From IMG/VR virus record IMGVR_UViG_3300020577_011735: a stretch of DNA of 64,000 bases, one strand, 5' to 3'. The translations under genes were made by a program, and so were the position numbers. This document shows, one piece after another, positions 60,314 to 64,000 of the stretch (positions are counted from its first letter, which is position 1; each line of letters begins with the position of its first letter). The notes below the pieces were generated by a model. The model was not told where the DNA came from, did not search any database, and was given only the letters and a program-made list of their open reading frames with translations. Source of the stretch: an uncultured virus (IMG/VR IMGVR_UViG_3300020577_011735) (taxonomy: Duplodnaviria > Heunggongvirae > Uroviricota > Caudoviricetes).

Positions 60314-60790
60314 ATGATTAAATTGATAAGAAAAATCAAAGAAATTTACAGGGCTGAGCATTTACATTTTTTATTCGTAGATTATTCATTTTACAAAAAG
60401 TGGAAGTGGATAATTCGTATTGTAATTTTAATGAATAAAAGATATGTTTCTTGTGAAATATTTAGAAAGAAATACAAAATACATAAAAACTTGGTTATCA
60501 TTGGATTAAAATGGAATGGAAAAAATGTCAAAAGAAGAACCAATGGATATGCAAAAGGACATCTTGAAGAAAACCAGGGATTAAAATGTATCTATTGTGA
60601 TAAACTATTAACCACAGAAAATGCAACTTCTGATCATATTGTTCCAATATCGAATGGTGGAAATAATTGTCAAGTAAATATCGTTATCTGTTGCACAGAT
60701 TGTAATAACGAAAGAGGTAATTTGGATTTTGAAACATATTTAAAAATGAAGAATATAAACTACAAGGATCAAAAACATCCTTTTGTTTAG
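60314..60790 (+). CDS. HNH endonuclease
   Basis: CIYC...DHIVPISNGGNN...N....CTDCNNERG. Confidence 0.85.
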   Translation: MIKLIRKIKEIYRAEHLHFLFVDYSFYKKWKWIIRIVILMNKRYVSCEIFRKKYKIHKNLVIIGLKWNGKNVKRRTNGYAKGHLEENQGLKCIYCDKLLTTENATSDHIVPISNGGNNCQVNIVICCTDCNNERGNLDFETYLKMKNINYKDQKHPFV

Positions 60791-61179
60791 TGAAAGATGA
60801 ATTAATATACGATTTTAGCGAAAATAGAATTATAATAGCTCATACTATCAATGTATTGTTACTCACCAATAGTGGATATCTCGCTTTTGAAAGAAACAAT
60901 GTTGAAATTACAATGATTGTAAGTAGTGATAATTTTATGTGGGCATCAGATTGGTTCTCAATCCAATACGATAAACAGGGATATTCAAATACATATAAAA
61001 AGAAGATACACGTTGAATCATATAACTTAATGTTATATGGATGTTATTTAAAGTCATATAATTCAGTACAAATAGGAGAGTCAGAAGTGATAATCGGTTG
61101 TGATTATTATGAGCGGACTTCTGAAAATTTATATCAAAACTACTATCGAGATAAAAAAATAGATAAATTACTTAGTTAA
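60790..61179 (+). CDS. hypothetical protein with C-terminal tag
   Basis: Ends YRDKKIDKLLS. Confidence 0.65.
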   Translation: MKDELIYDFSENRIIIAHTINVLLLTNSGYLAFERNNVEITMIVSSDNFMWASDWFSIQYDKQGYSNTYKKKIHVESYNLMLYGCYLKSYNSVQIGESEVIIGCDYYERTSENLYQNYYRDKKIDKLLS

Positions 61180-62322
61180 TTTCTTATAATATTTCTTTTC
61201 TTTTTTGGGGATATATTTCATATCCATTTCATCTTTACTAAAATATTGATCTAAATGCAGCTTTCTATAAGGATCGTTTGCTAACTCTGAAAGTTTGTTC
61301 AAATCTTTAATCTTACTTATTCTATGCATTAGTTTATAGGGATCCTCCGATCCTTTCTTCTTTACAATATCTTCAAATAATTTCTTCCATAGAAATACTG
61401 GATATCCTTCTCTTAATTTCTTTTCAGATTGTTCATATCCCGCACTATCATTATCAAGAAAAAATTGTATCTCTAAGTTATTGTTTTCCAGGAATTTAAA
61501 ATCAGTATTAACACCCACAACCCCAATGCTATTTGGATAAAAAAGTGAATCAAGATACCCCTCAAAAATAGTTATCATATGTCCAAAGTCAACATTTAGA
61601 ATATTAAAATAATAACTTAATTTATTATAAATAACAAGTTGATTAATATCTATATCTATAATTTCCTCAACATTATGAATCCACTTATATAGTGTTTCAT
61701 AGTTGTAGATTTTAAACATTCTTCTTTTGCCCTCTTTAATATTCCTAACCTGAGCTCCGAGAACCTTATCACCTCTTCGGTTTAGGAAGCACATAATTGG
61801 TTCATACCTATCTGAATTATACCAATATTTTGCCTCATAAATATCCCTATGATATTGTGGTGATATTCCCCTGCCAATCAAATAGTTAAAAATGATACTA
61901 TTTTTTTGTATTGGTTGGAAATCTGTTATTGCATAATCACCACTTGTAAATATATCTTCTATATCTTTTATATTTAACATCTTATCTAAAGATGTTTCCA
62001 TTATATCATCCTCATAGTCTTTATAGGAAACAGCATTTTCTAAATGCTTTATTATTTCCATCTTTTTATCAGGATCTAATTGTTGATGATAATCCTTGGC
62101 AACTCGGTCGAAATTTGTTTTCTTACCACAGTTAAAACATACATACATTAACTTATTGAAGTATAAATTACCCCTTTTTTTATGATCACTTTTACCATCA
62201 CCACAATAAAAACAACAGAAATTAATACGATCATGATATTCATGTATCTTTTTCCTTTCGGCAGATTTAAATTCATTGTTTAAAATATTTCGAATTATGT
62301 TTGTTATATAAACTTTATCCAT
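61168..62322 (-). CDS. DNA primase (T4 gp61-like)
   Basis: Zinc domain NFCCFYCGD...KKRG...CFNCG; TOPRIM IFEGYLDSLF and FLDND; KDLN. Confidence 0.88.
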   Translation of the reverse strand: MDKVYITNIIRNILNNEFKSAERKKIHEYHDRINFCCFYCGDGKSDHKKRGNLYFNKLMYVCFNCGKKTNFDRVAKDYHQQLDPDKKMEIIKHLENAVSYKDYEDDIMETSLDKMLNIKDIEDIFTSGDYAITDFQPIQKNSIIFNYLIGRGISPQYHRDIYEAKYWYNSDRYEPIMCFLNRRGDKVLGAQVRNIKEGKRRMFKIYNYETLYKWIHNVEEIIDIDINQLVIYNKLSYYFNILNVDFGHMITIFEGYLDSLFYPNSIGVVGVNTDFKFLENNNLEIQFFLDNDSAGYEQSEKKLREGYPVFLWKKLFEDIVKKKGSEDPYKLMHRISKIKDLNKLSELANDPYRKLHLDQYFSKDEMDMKYIPKKEKKYYKKLTK

Positions 62323-62359
62323 CTAATTCATATAGTGAATATATTATTGTAAGTTTGAT

Positions 62360-62390
62360 TTTGTAATTTTACAAAAAGTTATTATATTTG
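62360..62390 (+). promoter_or_regulatory. Bacteroidota-type sigma70 promoter (TTTG-N19-TAnnTTTG)
   Basis: TTTG at 62360-62363 and TATATTTG at 62383-62390; the same -7 box occurs at 14577, 26319, 32394, 53710 (+) and 17452, 18570, 19996 (-). Confidence 0.7.
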
Positions 62391-62397
62391 TATTTAT

Positions 62398-62643
62398 ATG
62401 GGTGAAATAAAAGAACATAAGGGATTTGTCGTAGGTGAAAAGGTTATTTGTATTTTAAATAACCGTTCTAGTTTAACGGTTGGTAAAGAGTATATAATTG
62501 ATTCACTTGAAGTATATTCAGGTGATGAAAATTTTTGGATATGTGTCATAAATGACACAAAATTCGGGCAAGCATATCATTATAGTCGATTCATAAGCAA
62601 AGGAGATTTTAGAAAACATATAATTGATGATATTTTAAAATAA
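62398..62643 (+). CDS. small SH3-like hypothetical protein, paralogue of 53458-53703
   Basis: VGEKVIC...LTVGKEY...ND...RFIS..DFRKHIIDDILK. Confidence 0.6.
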   Translation: MGEIKEHKGFVVGEKVICILNNRSSLTVGKEYIIDSLEVYSGDENFWICVINDTKFGQAYHYSRFISKGDFRKHIIDDILK

Positions 62644-62649
62644 ATAAAT

Positions 62650-62913
62650 ATGAATATAGTAGATTTCTACAAAAAACTATCCCGTATATTAGAAATGTGC
62701 CGGGAAAAAAGCATTTCACACAGTGATGCTCAATTTCAATTATCACAGTTATTAGAAGAAGCTGCGAAGTCAAATTTGGATGTTGATGTATCTGATAAAA
62801 TTCTCAATATTGATAATCTTCTAAATTATGATGATGAAATGTCATATGAGGAACAATCCTATGATTCATATGAGTCTTCTTATGAGGATGGTGAAGAATC
62901 ATCTTATGATTAA
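62650..62913 (+). CDS. hypothetical protein with acidic SY(E/D) repeat tail
   Basis: 87-aa ORF ending SYEEQSYDSYESSYEDGEESSYD. Confidence 0.6.
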   Translation: MNIVDFYKKLSRILEMCREKSISHSDAQFQLSQLLEEAAKSNLDVDVSDKILNIDNLLNYDDEMSYEEQSYDSYESSYEDGEESSYD

Positions 62914-62924
62914 AAAATAATATT

Positions 62925-63839
62925 ATGTTAATTATTGGATCAAAAGCACTTACATACCATTATCCATCTTTAAATAGGAAGGTTAAGGATATTGATTTAA
63001 TCGGATATAAATCTGATTTACAATATTTGATTAGCACATTAAACCCATCAAAAATTAAGGAAGGAGATGGTATCACCTCACTAATTGGAATTCAAAATAA
63101 GTCAGCATTCTACGATACTGAAAATGTAGAGGTTCTAATTGCAGATGAGTCCAGCTCACTCCGGTTATACCTTGATTTTGATTCTAGTGATCGTGGATTA
63201 AAATGGGCTTCCTTAGAGGTTTTACTTTCTCTAAAGAAAAGTCATATACATTTCCCTATTAAATTTAATAAGCATATTGTTGACTATACCTTTTTAAATG
63301 AAAAATTAGGAGGAGATTATTTAGATAATATTACTAAACTACGTTATAAAGAAACCGAAGAAAGGCTTGGTAAGTTAAAAACGCCATCTTTAAATAAACC
63401 AATTACTGAATTTTTCGGACAATCAAAGGGGTTTGTTAAATCTTATTTCATTCACGATGATATTCATAAAGCAGTTGCACATTATGATAAACCACTGTAT
63501 TTAAATATGCAGAGGGATATAACTATTGCTAAATGTGAAAAAGATATGTGGAATAGATTTTCATTTGAAAACAAATGTAAATGTGTATTAGAAGAAGCCT
63601 ATGTCATTGCACTTGAAAGAAAAGTGTTACCTGGTATCTTTGGGAAAGCAAGTTGGGTTTCATCAAACGAAGCATTAGAATGGGCATTAATGAGGATATG
63701 CACTAACTTATGTTCTGGATGGTTTCGACAATTTGCAACCGATTATTTCTTTAAAATAAAAGAGTTTGTTAATGATAACTACGTTGTAGACTTTTTAGAA
63801 AAATATAATAATAACCAAATATGTCGGATCAAAGAGTAA
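62925..63839 (+). CDS. conserved phage protein with nucleotidyltransferase-like N terminus
   Basis: LIIGSKAL...KDIDLI; LKKSH; HDDIH..VA...P.Y; EEAYVIALER; GWFRQF. Confidence 0.6.
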   Translation: MLIIGSKALTYHYPSLNRKVKDIDLIGYKSDLQYLISTLNPSKIKEGDGITSLIGIQNKSAFYDTENVEVLIADESSSLRLYLDFDSSDRGLKWASLEVLLSLKKSHIHFPIKFNKHIVDYTFLNEKLGGDYLDNITKLRYKETEERLGKLKTPSLNKPITEFFGQSKGFVKSYFIHDDIHKAVAHYDKPLYLNMQRDITIAKCEKDMWNRFSFENKCKCVLEEAYVIALERKVLPGIFGKASWVSSNEALEWALMRICTNLCSGWFRQFATDYFFKIKEFVNDNYVVDFLEKYNNNQICRIKE

Positions 63840-64000
63840 TAGCCAAGGCTATTAAAATTGAATCATTTCAAGAAGGTAAAGTACTACAAGTTAAAAAAGG
63901 TGATATCCTTAATGGATATTTTTTTGAATGGCCTGTTGTAGGAAAAAGTTTTGTTATATATACATGTTCACCAGAAGATATTAATAGTTCACCTGCTCCA

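Noticed and set aside
1..64000. Alternative genetic code (stop-codon reassignment as in some large phages)
   Set aside because: Conserved genes are full length in code 11, TAG and TGA act as real stops (e.g. 29554, 60790, 3693), and the polymerase break also needs a frame change.

Overview
AT-rich (~25% GC by eye), densely coding 64-kb segment of a large T4-like (jumbo-type) bacteriophage genome read in the standard code. The host is probably Bacteroidota, based on TAnnTTTG promoters, few Shine-Dalgarno sites and a D(S/T)T-rich lipoprotein. Recognisable genes cover replication and recombination (topoisomerase II large subunit, RNase H/FEN, primase, C-terminal half of a split family-B DNA polymerase, probable clamp, clamp-loader small subunit and UvsY), NAD salvage (Nampt plus NadM-Nudix) with a sirtuin, NusG, PPK2, UvsE, Hsp20, a DNA methyltransferase, several free-standing homing endonucleases and many hypothetical ORFs. 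Main observations: (1) the DNA polymerase is broken inside motif B (NGSY|GAF) by a 40-nt, stop-containing, frame-shifting insert at the centre of a ~28-bp hairpin spanning both junctions, a candidate micro-intron or ribosomal-bypass element; (2) about 30 proteins share an N-terminal MKxxKxF/Y(N/E)E leader resembling the T4 capsid-targeting sequence and follow a TAATATATA promoter; (3) about 17 other, unrelated small proteins share a C-terminal R(D/E/N)xKIxx(I/L)(I/L) tag; (4) a miniature 239-aa PolB-like protein. All family calls come from motif recognition by eye, not database searches. No tRNA, rRNA or CRISPR array was seen.
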